A DNA stretch of 64,000 nucleotides from Nageia nagi. Lineage: Eukaryota; Plantae; Pinophyta. The stretch covers positions 15,624,001 to 15,688,000 of the forward strand of contig JBITNC010000001.1 in the NCBI GenBank assembly GCA_050084985.1. Direction: 5' to 3'. Shown piece after piece: positions 37,608 to 49,210 of the stretch (within the stretch, counting starts at the first letter, position 1; the number at the start of each line of letters is the position of its first letter). Made by a program: the position numbers and the translations under genes. The notes under the pieces were generated by a model, which did not search any database, was not told the DNA's origin, and worked only from the letters and a program-made list of their open reading frames with translations.

Positions 37608-38619
37608 GCAAGAATATAGAGTTAGGCTTGGAGGACACCTAACATACAATGAGAATTGCTTTCCCTTTTTATATGAGATGCATGGAGGGTGGATGCATGG
37701 TAGGGCACATGCTTGCCATTTTTCTCCTTCTCCTCTCAACTCCTAGCCTCCCACACTTGACCTGTTTCAGCTTACAATCCCGAGCGCACAGTTCTTGATG
37801 ATTGCAAAAGCATAGCTTGAAAAGCATGCAACTGGGCCTGGGGTCACTTAGTCAAATTTTGGAACATCCTTCTTCACCTCAATTCTGGGCACATGGATCT
37901 GGATAAGTGCTTGAGCATAGCCTTGAAAGCATGTGACTAGGTTTAGGGAAAAGACTGAAATGCCTTAGCCGAAAAAAGGCTACCTGGGTGCACAATGTCC
38001 CCCAAAACTTCTTCTCTTACTGGTCGCATGGTTTGGAATGAGTGCAAAAGCATGCATGGGAAATGGTGCGATTGAAAGGGGTGGTAAAATCTGAAGTGAA
38101 GTGGTTGAAATGACTAAGGGGTGAGGTGATATTTATAAATTCCTGCACTGCCACGTGTCACCTCTGGGTTGGCAAACCTAGGGTCAAATGATGGAGCAAG
38201 GACAAGGGTGCATGGTTTTTGATGGGTTCAAAAGCTCATGATGAAAAGCATGCGACTAGTCTTCCGGGTACTTAGCCAAATTCCAAGCTAATGTTGAAGT
38301 TCAACCCTTGGTCGCACCGTTCTGGAAGGGTGCTAAAGCATGCCTCTTAATCCTTGCGCCTGGGGTTTGGCATGCTTCTCAAGACCAAAATTTCCAAAAA
38401 TGGCTTGAAAAATGCAAGCTTGTTCTAGGTTGCACGTTTTGGAAGGGGCGCTTTTCTCCCTTTTTCCCATGCTCTGCTCCAGACAAGTTTGCAAACTGAA
38501 ATAATGGGGCTGACTTCCTTTTAATAGCCCTCCAGGTAGGAAAGGTGTCGCCATGTGATAGGTGCGGAAAAAGGCCCAATGCATGAGTTCCCACTTGTCA
38601 ACAAATGGGGCCTAACACT

Positions 38620-39300
38620 TAGCCAATTTTCCCTTCATGGATCTGGTTGCATGGTTTCGGATGGGTGCAAAAGGACTCATTCAAAAATGTGCGACAAGCC
38701 TTGGTTGCTTCGAAAATGGCTAAGTCCCTTTCCTTCTCGTTGCATGGGTCTGGATGGGTGCAAAAGGACCTATTCAAAAGCATGTGACTACCTTTTGTGA
38801 CTTCAAGAAAATGACTAAGTATGAAACTCATCATGGTTGCACCATTTTGAGTGAGTGCAAAAGGACTCACTCAAAAACGTGCGACAACTCTTCATAGTCC
38901 CCAAAAATGGCTAAGTATGAGCTTTTTCTTCTTCGTCGCACTGTTTTAGGTGAGTGCAAAAGGACTCACTCGAAAACATGCGACAGCCTTCCATGCAACA
39001 AAAAATGCTAAGTATGAAGGGGCATTCACCTTGGTCACATCCTTTTGAATGAGTGCAGAAAGGACTTGCCGAAAAACATGCGACAAGCTGAAAAGACCTG
39101 ATTTTTCCTTGTATTTTGACCAAAATGATACACATAAGAAATGCAAAAGAAAGGATGACGAATCCCTACAGGACAAAGACCTCCAAAGTGCCATTCTCCA
39201 ACATGAAATGCAAAGGACAATGATGAAAACGCTGAAAGGGATTGGTCGCATGGTTTGAAAGGAGTGCAAAAGCACTCACTGGAAAACATGCGACAAGCTG
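38620..39300. repeat. Array of ~50-bp imperfect palindromes, ~95-bp period
   Basis: GTCGCA..TTTT..GTGAGT-GCAAAAGG-ACTCAC..AAAA..TGCGAC, about six copies. Confidence 0.85.
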
Positions 39301-40490
39301 AAGTATGCAACTGTCTTGACTTGACCATGATAATGTAGTTAAAACATGTTTCCTAGAGTTAGACCAAACATACGCATTCCCTTTTGAATAATTTCTTCCA
39401 TGCACTTCTAGTTGTTACTATTTCGAGGGTCCTCAAAATGCAGAAATTTTGAGGGGTGTTGTGCATGCACAACAATATCTTCAACCAAAAATTCAACCAC
39501 TATCTAATTGGTTTTTACCATAGTTGGACAAATCATTTGCTTTCTAAAACTGGCCAACAATTGTCTCTTAGAGCCTCATGATAGCAATGCTAAAAATATT
39601 TGAGATGCGAATATCATGAGTTATTTGGAACAGCAGGACCTAGGCACTATGTTAAAGACCTTTTCAAAGTCTATAATGCAGAAAAATTCTATAGAAGATC
39701 ATTTCCAGGCATCCTTGATCTAGTCAACGAGTAAAATGTGATCAATAAATTTTTCTCTGTTTGCTACAGGTCTAGAAATGACCTGGTGAAATAACACATT
39801 ACGTGATAATGATGACATTGTTTGATAAGCTGAAACTATAGAACTCTTAGTAATTTTCAAGTTTCAATATAAAGCAACATTAAAGTGTTTTTTATCTTTG
39901 ACCCCTCAATCAAAATAACAGTTAAGAAAATGAGGTTCATGTAATTCTAATTTCATGTTTCTTTCCCACTAATTTTTTTTTGGAAGGGTAATGCAGTAAA
40001 ATGAAATTTATGTCCTAAATTACTGCCTTTACAATCCTAATGATTTGGTAGATGATGATTTGGAAAATTAATGTTTACAGTTTATTTATATGGTTTGCTA
40101 AGTTAATTTTAATGAATTTACACGTGTATGTGCAAATTCCATAGATGATTACTTAAAGAATTGATTTTTCTTTATATGCCTCGTTAAGTTAGTTTTTATT
40201 TATTTACGCTTATATCCTTCATCTTTGAATGAGAAAGTTTGTGTATTTTGCATAACAATCCCTTAATATTCTGTGGTGAAGGACATGCTTGTAAATGTTA
40301 AATGGCCACACTTTATGGTTCTTAGAAGAGAAAAGACATGTAGAAGCCACTTAATATTTTTTGCTACTTGTTTTCATTGAATGAATGCCACAGAAAGATG
40401 ACAATAATTTTAAGTATGAATGATTACTTTCATTTGATGTTGCTTGCCATAATATTTTCCAATGGCGTAACCTCATGAATTGTAACACAG

Positions 40491-40646
40491 ATTCTTGGAG
40501 GCATTTGGGCAGACAAAATTGGTGGAAAGCTCGTATTGGGATTGGGAGTAATATGGTGGTCAATTGCAACTGTTCTTACACCTATAGCTGCAAAGGTTGG
40601 ATTACCATTGTTGCTTTTTGTTCGTGCATTAATGGGGGTTGGTGAG
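40491..40646 (+). CDS. PHT4;4: PHT4;4 exon 4 (ILGGIWADKIGGK...RALMGVGE)
   Basis: acacag|ATT...GAG|gtgagt; 156 nt; MFS motif A-like. Not present in the ORF track. Confidence 0.97.
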
Positions 40647-41219
40647 GTGAGTGTCTTCGCTTGTTATACAACACGTGCATTTTAGATTTCATGTAATATT
40701 TTCTTTTGGCAAGTCTCAATCTCACCATGTATTTCAATTTTACATTCTTATGGAACTTTGATAAATATTAAGAACATCAAGCTAACTCTTTGTATCTTGA
40801 ACACAAAAGCACTCAAGCAAGCTTTATCATTTGCTATTCATGATTCTAGTTTTTTCCAGTTAGTGCACATAAAGCAATACATATCTTATTAGGTTAGGAA
40901 TCATAACACTAATTACATTGATTTCTTTGTACTCATCCTGTTGACACATACATGTTGATTTCTTCTTACCCTTGTTCAACTATTTGGGCTTCTTCTCTGG
41001 ATGCAATTTCCAACACTCTTCAGTTGTGTGTTCATCTACATCACAATGATTATAGTGCCTTCCATCGTTTTGCACTGTTGTAGAAGACTGCTTGGGCTGA
41101 TTTTTATTGTCAACTTTGCCTTTTTTTTCATCTTTTGTAGTACTAGGCTGATTTGAGATTTGCTAAGTTTTACTTGGTATTTTACTCTTTGTTTCCAAGT
41201 ACATTGCTTTGACACATGC

Positions 41220-41790
41220 CTCATCTATGCTTGTGACATTGAAAAGTGCCATCTCGGTTTTGAGATGATAATGTAATCCTCCCTTGTACTTTTTCAAAAT
41301 TGTTGGGTCTTGCAGATTAATATTCAACATCACTGCTTGCTTCTTGAACTCAATGGTGTAATCTTGAACATCTAGCCTTTATTTCTGCCTCAAATTTGGC
41401 ACCTCCCCTCCATCCTCTCTTGGTAGCCAACATGATAGAATTGAGCTGTAAGTGCAACAATAAATTGCGCCCATGTTTGTACAGGTGGTTGTGGATTTAG
41501 AGCCAAATCAGTAACATATGCCTCCCACCATGTGAGAGCATGGCCTCCAAACTTGGGTCTAGCAAAACTGTCTTTTTGGGGTTCTGTATAATGCTTGGTA
41601 CTGAAGTAAATCTCCAGCTGTTTCAACCTACCATTCAACTTTTCAAGGTCCAATTCTCCACAACATATGGGTATGTCCAACTTCACTTCCATTTTAAATG
41701 GGTCTACCAACAAGGGCATCGAACCAAATGTTGAAGCGCCTTTGTCTTCCTCTCCCACAAAAATCTTGAGTTCTTCATTTTTGGGTTAGG
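41220..41790 (-). mobile_element. Ty3/gypsy gag fragment
   Basis: PFKMEVKLDIP..GELD.EKL...LKQLEIYF...GHALTWWE. Confidence 0.85.
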
Positions 41791-41794
41791 ACAA

Positions 41795-43061
41795 TGTAAC
41801 ATCCCTTTTGTACTATATAAAAATAATTTAAGAGCCAAAAAGGATTTCTTAATAACATCCCTTTTGGAGTTTATTTAAAAGTGATCTTGTAGTTGTTTTG
41901 TATAACTTGGGATATGAATTAATTGGTCCATGGACCCCACTGTGAGCCCCTAGTGGGACGTATCCCTCCCAAGTTTAGAATAGGATATATTAATGTACTT
42001 GGAGATTCCAGACTTGATTGTGGGAATCCCAAGAGCTTGTATACATTAATAAATCAGGATTGAGGATTGCATGCTTGTGCCAGCCTTGGGGATTCCCCAA
42101 GACCCCACGTTGGCCCATCACAGACACCTAGGTTCCCACACATGGCACATAGACTTGTCACGCACGTGGGCATGCGTGGCACCCCTTGACCCTGCGTTGG
42201 CATTTATGGCACCCAAGAATCCCACGTTGGCATGCTTGATACCTAGGCACCTACTTTGGGCATCTTGAGCCCTCTGAAGGCTAACATTGGGGCCTTAGAG
42301 CCTAGTGATGATTCTAAGGTGAGATCTAGGACTTGGTTGAGGGTATAAGAAGACTTGGAGGCTCATTTGCTGGACACATTTGATTATTATTACTTCTACA
42401 CTTCTACATTATCTGGTGGACACAACCTTTGCAGAGCACTGAGTGTATTCCTTAGGTGGAGCACCTAAGAGGGTTGTCAAGCTGAGGGATCTTGGCAATC
42501 TACGGAATTGGTGGACCACCATTTCCCATCTGGTAGTATCCGAGGTGGAGTCTCTACCATGCGAGTGGTTATCCAGATCTGAGGAGGGTCCCTTCGGTGG
42601 GGAGGAGTCAAATTGTGAGGAGGCACTATTGTCCCTCGTCCGTCCAGTATAATTAGAAGAGTTCCTCCGGCCCAGTTCAGCTCCCAAGAGGCTGACGTCA
42701 GCCCTTTGGGCTTGCTTATGTATTGTACTTCCTTGTTCATGATAATATAAGCCATGGGCACTTTGGATCTCAGCATTGTATTCTTGGTGTGGCATCATTT
42801 GGTGCATTTGTGCATGTGTAGGCCATACGTTGGCATTGTAAATCTTCTTGTATTGTTTATTGTTGTATTTGGCCCATCATTGGCATTATGAGGTGTGTAT
42901 GTGTGTAGGAGACCCATCATTGGCATTGTGTAGAGATATTGTGCTTGTGGGAGCCCAACATTGGCATACTAGGGTTTGTGTGGTGTCAATTGGATGCCCT
43001 AGTTGGTTTTTGTTAATTGTAATTGTTGATATTTGTTGGAGATCCTATTTGGATCATTACA
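41795..43061 (+). mobile_element. Solo LTR, family B (1267 bp)
   Basis: gacaa|TGTAAC...ATTACA|gacaa, perfect TSD. Confidence 0.93.
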
Positions 43062-43141
43062 GACAATTTATTTTGTAGCATTTCCATCAGCTTGGTTAGT
43101 TGTGAAAGAGTGTCCTCCATCTTGAGAAATTTGTTAACAAT

Positions 43142-44571
43142 TGTAAGATCCCAAATACAATCTCAAGTGCAAATAAGCCAATTAATTATCAAATTCAAGC
43201 AAATATACACCCATGTATGGACTAGAGCATCAAAATCAAGCATAAACAAGCCCAAAATGCTAATGTCTCGCATATACAAGCACAAATGCACCAAAATAGC
43301 CCAACATTGCAAGTATGGAAGCATACACATCAAACACAAATACAAATATTGAGATCCAAGATGCCCACAACTGTATTAATGATGAGAAATGGAAAATAAT
43401 ACAATACCATGCCCAAAGGGCTCAACGTTGGCCTCTAAGGAGCCAACTAGGGCATACAAATATGCAAATGTGATCACTGCTGGAACAATGGATGGGACAG
43501 CCACACTCCCTCAAGCCCGGATGCTCTATTGCAGAACTCCAAAACCTGGGAACCAATGAAGGTAGGAGTGCAACCTCAAAATACCACCGGGTGGACTAAG
43601 ATGCTACACCTTAACCATAGATTAGCAAGATCCCTCAACCTACTAACCCCCCTAGATGGTGCATCTAGGGGAAGATTGCTTGACGTTGTGCCAAGACTTG
43701 TGTCCACTGGATGGTAGGAGAAATATTATCAAATCAGGTATATCCATGCAGTGATGCTCCAACGCCTAATATAGCTTAAGCTTGGATCTAGAACATCTCC
43801 TCGGAATCATCCATGCCTCTCCTATCCAACATTAGCCTCCTAGGGGCCCTCAAATGCCTCAAACATGTCATAAATGCTCATGCATGGGGTGTAGAGCCTC
43901 CCTAAGGTGTGATGTAGGCCTCCAAGGGTGATGGGATGCCTCCAAGTCCAATGTTGAGGTCCTAGAATTCTCTCCATGTCATGCGTTGGGTTTTTGGGAG
44001 TCATACATGTGCCTAGATCCTATTTTCATATCCATACAAGGCCTTGGGATTCCCACAATCAATTCTTGGGATCTCTAAGTACATAAAATAACATTAAATC
44101 ATGCTATCCTATGCTTGGGAGGAAGATGTCCCACTCAGGGCTCACAGTGGGGTACAACGGACCTTTATCATTTCTATCCCAAGTACTAACACTAATGCAT
44201 AAATAAATAATTAAATATTTACAAAAGAGGAATCCGTCGGATTCCATAATTAATTATATTTTACAAAAGAGAATGTTATAAGGCCTCCCCACTCGAATTG
44301 CTTGTCCTCAAGCAATTGTAAAATGCCACAAAATATTGTCTTCCAAGAATCCTTTGGCTTTGTTAACTGTTGAAATGGAATGCAACTTAAATAAATCTCC
44401 CCCATAATGAGGATCCTATATCAAACGTTCTAGTCCCCTTCTCATGTGTCAACGTTGTGTGCAAAAATTCTGATATGCTACTGAGATTTAATCTGCTTCT
44501 GGCAATCCACATTAAGCACAAAATGATTGCAAGTATTCTAGTGCAACGATGCTTATAATACACAAGAGTGT
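43142..44571 (-). mobile_element. Family B 3' LTR (43142-44280) with adjacent gypsy PPT region
   Basis: Closely similar to 22976-24029; the - strand reads ttgcttgaggacaagcaattcgagtggggagg just before the LTR. Confidence 0.85.
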
Positions 44572-47500
44572 TGTTGTGCCCGCACAACACACCCCAAAAT
44601 ACAAGATTTTGGGGACCCTATTTTTGCAAAGGCAATGAGGAGCATTGCCTTGAGATTGGCTTTGGGTGATGGATAGTTCATTCTGAAGAGTGCAAACGTG
44701 ATATCAAGGAGCGATTCAAGGAGATCTTGCGACAAAGGCGCTGAAGAGTATTAAAGTATCCAGTCACCAATTTTGCAGCCAAGGAGCTAGGATCTAAGAA
44801 AGAATATTAGAGTACAGATTTTTGGTCTAGAGTGCAAGAAGTGGAGATGGGGTCGTTTCTTCAGATTTTTAAGCTCACAAGTGCCGAGTGTGATGAAAAT
44901 GAGCATTTTTGCAGTGTTCAAGTCCGGGAGTAGTGGATGCAGCTAAGATGACAAAAACAAGTGTTTTTGTCAAGTATGAGTCCGAAAAGCTCAAAAATGG
45001 TCATTATCATGAAAAGACGCATTTTGGTCGATTTTGAGCCTGGAAGAGGTTAGTATAGTAAAGATGTGCTTTTTCGCACCATTTGAGCCCAGAAAGCTCG
45101 AAAATAGTCAAAAATGCAAAGTTGAGTTCAAAATGATCGTTTTTTCAGACTTAAGGCCTGAAAATGATAGACAATGACAAGTTTGAGTTTGAAAAGGCAA
45201 AAATGGTCATTTTTGCATCATTTGAAATCGGAAATCATTGAAAATACAAAGTTTGAGTTCGAAGATGCCGAAAGTGGCATTTTGGTCGAGTTTGAGCTCG
45301 AAAATGTTGGAAATGGATGAAAATGCACAGATTGAGTCCGGGATGGCCTTGAAATGCACGTTTGAGTACCCCTAGCCCTAGGTACATTTTCCCAAGGTAT
45401 TGAAGACCCAAACGAGGGGAAAATGGTGCGTGTTTTTCAAAGATAAATGCAAATGGTGTCAGAATTCAAGTCCAAGAGCTTCATTGGAGAGATAAGATGA
45501 ATTCTATCACAATTAAGACTTGAAATTTTTGATTTTGACCAAGTATAAGGCACTCAAATCCTAGGCCCAGTTTTTCCAGCCTATGGGAAAACCATAGAAA
45601 TGATTTTTGGCACCTAGATGGTGGAGGAAAAGTGGAAATGCATAGAAATTCAAATGTGAATGCATAGATGGATGGAAGAGGTGATTTTAAGGCACTTTAG
45701 GTCTTCATTTTTTCAAGTTTGAACAAGTTTAGACCCCCAAATTCCTAGGCGCAAGTTTCCAAATGATTTCAAATCCAATGGGATGAATTTCGGTGCCTAG
45801 ATTGACAAGATGAAGTGTTTTTTGCTCAAAAAAACATGTTTAGATGCTTGGGAACAAGGAAGAGACCATTCTAAGCACATTTAATACTCAAAATTTTCAA
45901 TTTTGAGCACTTTTGAGCATCCTAAAGGCTAGGCGCAGCTTTGGGGAGCTATGGAAATCCATTGAAGTGAAAAATGGCACCTAAAATGAAACATTTGACA
46001 AAATTTGGTCAAAATCAAGTTTGAGGTGTCCATTAAGTGAAATTTGGCATTTTGAACACTTTTAGGTCTTGGAAATATCAATTTTGAGCATGTTTTGAGG
46101 CCCAAAATGCTAGGCGCAGGTTTGCAAGGCTATGGAAATCCAATGGGATGAATTTTGGTGCCTACCATGAGGAAAAAAGATAAATTTTGAACAAAACTCA
46201 ATTTTGAAGGTTTGAGAGCAAGGAAAAAGGCATTCCAAGGCACCTTAGGTTTACAAAATTTCATTTTAGAACAAGGGAAATGCCCCAAAGGGTTTAAACG
46301 CATGTTTTTATGCCAATGGGATTCCAATCAAGTGAATTTTAGCGCCTAAGTCAAGGAGGGAGATCGATTTTTGATTAAAAACCAAATTTGGAGGCATAAA
46401 TGGATGAAAGACCGCATTTCAAGCATATTTAAACTTGCAAATTTTCATTTTTGAGAAAGTTTGGGGGCAAAAATATCTAGGCACAGGTTTGGGGCTCATT
46501 GAAGATTCATAGGACTGAATTTTGGCACCTAAGGTGGAAAAATTTGATAAATTTCACTCAAAAATCGAGTTGGACCCTTTCATTGCATAGAAAAGGGCAT
46601 TTCTAGCACATTTAACACTTGAAATTTTTGATTTTGGGCCATGGAAACCCTTCAAAAAAGAAGGCACAGATTTTCATGCCATTGGGAATCCATAGACTTG
46701 AAAATTGGTGCCTAACATGGGAGAATGTGAAGATTTTTTCCAAAAATCAAATTTTTTTGACATATTTGCGAGGAAAATGCCATTTTGAACATATTTAATA
46801 CTTCAAATTTTCAATTTTGAGCAACTTAAAGGAACCAAAAGCTAGGCATAGTTTTCCAAGTGTATGGAATTCCAATGAGATGAAAACTAGTGCCTAACTT
46901 GAAGAGGAACATCAAATTTTGCTCAAAATTCAAAATTTTTGCCTTCATTGCATGTAAAATGACATTCTAAGCATCTTTAAACTTTGAAAATTTTGAATTT
47001 GAGCAAGTTAAAGGGCCCAAAAATCTAGGAGGCATTTCTCATTCCTATGGAAATTTCACTTTTTATCTTTCGAAATCCATAGACATGAAAATGGAAAAAA
47101 TTGTCAAAAACTTCAAATCTTTCCCAAAACCTTCTAAAAGCCCCAAAACTTCTCAAAAATTCCCAAGTACCTTGTAATCCTATCCTCCATCCATCCATAA
47201 GCTCAAATCCACTTTTTGAAAAATTTCCAAATTTTGGACCTCCCTATCTTTTTCAAAAAATAGACCCAAAAATCCACTTTTTCGAAAAACTCTTAGAATT
47301 CCCTGAAAATTTGCCACAATGATCACCAAACAGGAAAATCCAAATTCAAAGAAAGGAGCTTAAAAGAATACCAGAAGGATCCAGAATGAAGATTTGAAGC
47401 TCCAATTTTTTACAAATTGATGCAAAATGCCTCGAAATACATGGCAGAGGGCATCAATTTTTTGTAAATATTTTATTTTTAGCATATTTTAGTGGGATAA

Positions 47501-48540
47501 GATTGTTCTTCCACTAAAATGATATGGTAATCTCAATTTAGCATTCAAATTAGCATTTTAAAGCTTTTTTAAGAATTAAGGCAACACCCTCAAATTTTGA
47601 CCTAAAAAGTTTATAAATAGACCATAGGGGGTCACATTTTGAGGTAGAATGTTGTAGTCAAAGAAATTTCTAATTTTTTCAAAATTGAAATTTTTTGCAA
47701 TTGAGGAGCAAATTGATGTACTTGTGCAAAACTCTTTTGTAAACATAATACAAATGGCTACAAGTTGATTTAAAGTGTGTTTTCATCTATGGGAGTGGTG
47801 GATTGATATTTTTAGAGCAATTTCTATAATTTGAATAGTTTTGTGCCTTGTCTTTGAAAACTCTCAAATTTTAAGAGAACTTATTGCAAAATTTTCTAAA
47901 ATGTTTGAATTGTCTTAAATTGTTGCTAATTCATCACTTGCTTGTTAAATGTTTCATATTCTGAATTGACTTTCTCTTAAGATATCTTCATAGATTTTTT
48001 GTTCAAAACTATCCACCTTCACTCACATTTAGTCCACTTGATTGCATCGATCCTATTCACAGAGTACCGACAACTAGTCTTGCTTCTCACTCATCTTTGA
48101 AATTATTGGACAATAGTTCATTTCAAAGACTTGATTGAATTGAACAAGATTTCTTAACCTATCCGAGAGAAAGAACATTTAGACAATGTTGCATTGTGAT
48201 TACCTCTTTGAAGTCTAGCCAGTATTCGACCTCATTCTCACTTTTTCTTTTCTTTAAAACATATGGCAACTTTCGAACTATTGTAAGATAAAATACCTCA
48301 GTCCCTACAAAAAATGTGAGTTAACAGTTATTACCTCTACTACACCACTCAGCTGATTTTCAAACAAGACCTACCAATTTAAAGCTCGTATTAACGACAC
48401 GAGTTTTCTGATAGAAACCTTAGGGTATCAGTCCTTACAAGCAGAGTTCAGTAACGCGTTCTCACCTACATGCTGGGTCGCTTTCCCCTCTTGATCGTAT
48501 AGGCGATCCCTGAGTAAGAGGAAAGGTTTCCTTCCCAACA
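44572..48540 (+). mobile_element. 3969-bp TSD-bounded giant solo-LTR-like unit, non-coding
   Basis: agtgt|TGTTG...CCCAACA|agtgt; TATAAAT at 47612; ~183-bp array at 45400-47060. Confidence 0.93.
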
Positions 48541-48689
48541 AGTGTATGTAGAAATGTTGATGCATTCGTCCATACTAGGCATCTAGTTGCGATAGTGATC
48601 ATGTGGAAGACTCCTAAGAGATGTACACCCGTAAAAACATCAAGAAGAGCAAGCATGAGTAAAAAACGGTGGAGCCCTTGCTCCATGGT

Positions 48690-49210
48690 TGTTGCCAAGA
48701 CTTCCCTAAGCTCAACATTGGGTGCCAAACTCCTATTTCCAATGTGGGGCTCCAATTCTTCCTTATATCTAAGGTGGGGTTCTAGACTCGTTCCAGGCCC
48801 AATGTGAGGTGTTGTGGCCCCTCCATGCTGAACTGAGAATGCCAAGATTCTTCTATTTCCATCGTTGGGTGCCCAAGTCCTTTCAGTTCCAACATGGGAT
48901 GACAAGACTCCCTCGTGCCCAACATGGGATGCCAAGGCTCCCTCATGTCCAAGGTCAGGTTCCCAATCCTCTCCAGGTCCAATGTGGGATGCCAAGACTC
49001 CTCTATGTCCATTGTTAGGTGCCCAAACCTATCCAGGACCAACGTGGGGTACCAAAACTCCTATGTGCTCAACGTTGGGTGTCCAGACCTCTTTAGGCCC
49101 AACATGGGATACCAAAATTCCTCCATGTCTAATGTTGGTTCCCTAAGCCTCTCTAGGCCCAACGTGGGGTGTAAGTGCTCCTTACTGCTCAATGTTAGGT
49201 ATCAAGGCCC
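48690..49210. repeat. ~39-bp degenerate tandem array
   Basis: ccaacgtggg(at/gt)gccaa.actc motif recurring at a ~39-bp period. Confidence 0.85.

Larger units (their letters stand above)
32749..39474 (-). mobile_element. 6726-bp giant solo-LTR-like unit with long ORF (copy 2)
   Basis: TGTTG/CAACA ends; 3' end ggaaagaaaacatacCAACA resembles the other units. Flanks ctatt/atatc are only a partial TSD match. Confidence 0.82.

Noticed and set aside
38620-39300. CRISPR-like array (palindromic repeats with spacers)
   Set aside because: Eukaryotic context, repeats are degenerate, spacers are related to each other, and there are no cas genes.
22976-44280. Two similar family B LTRs as ends of one element enclosing exon 4
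   Set aside because: Their PBS and PPT face outward rather than toward each other, and they share no TSD.
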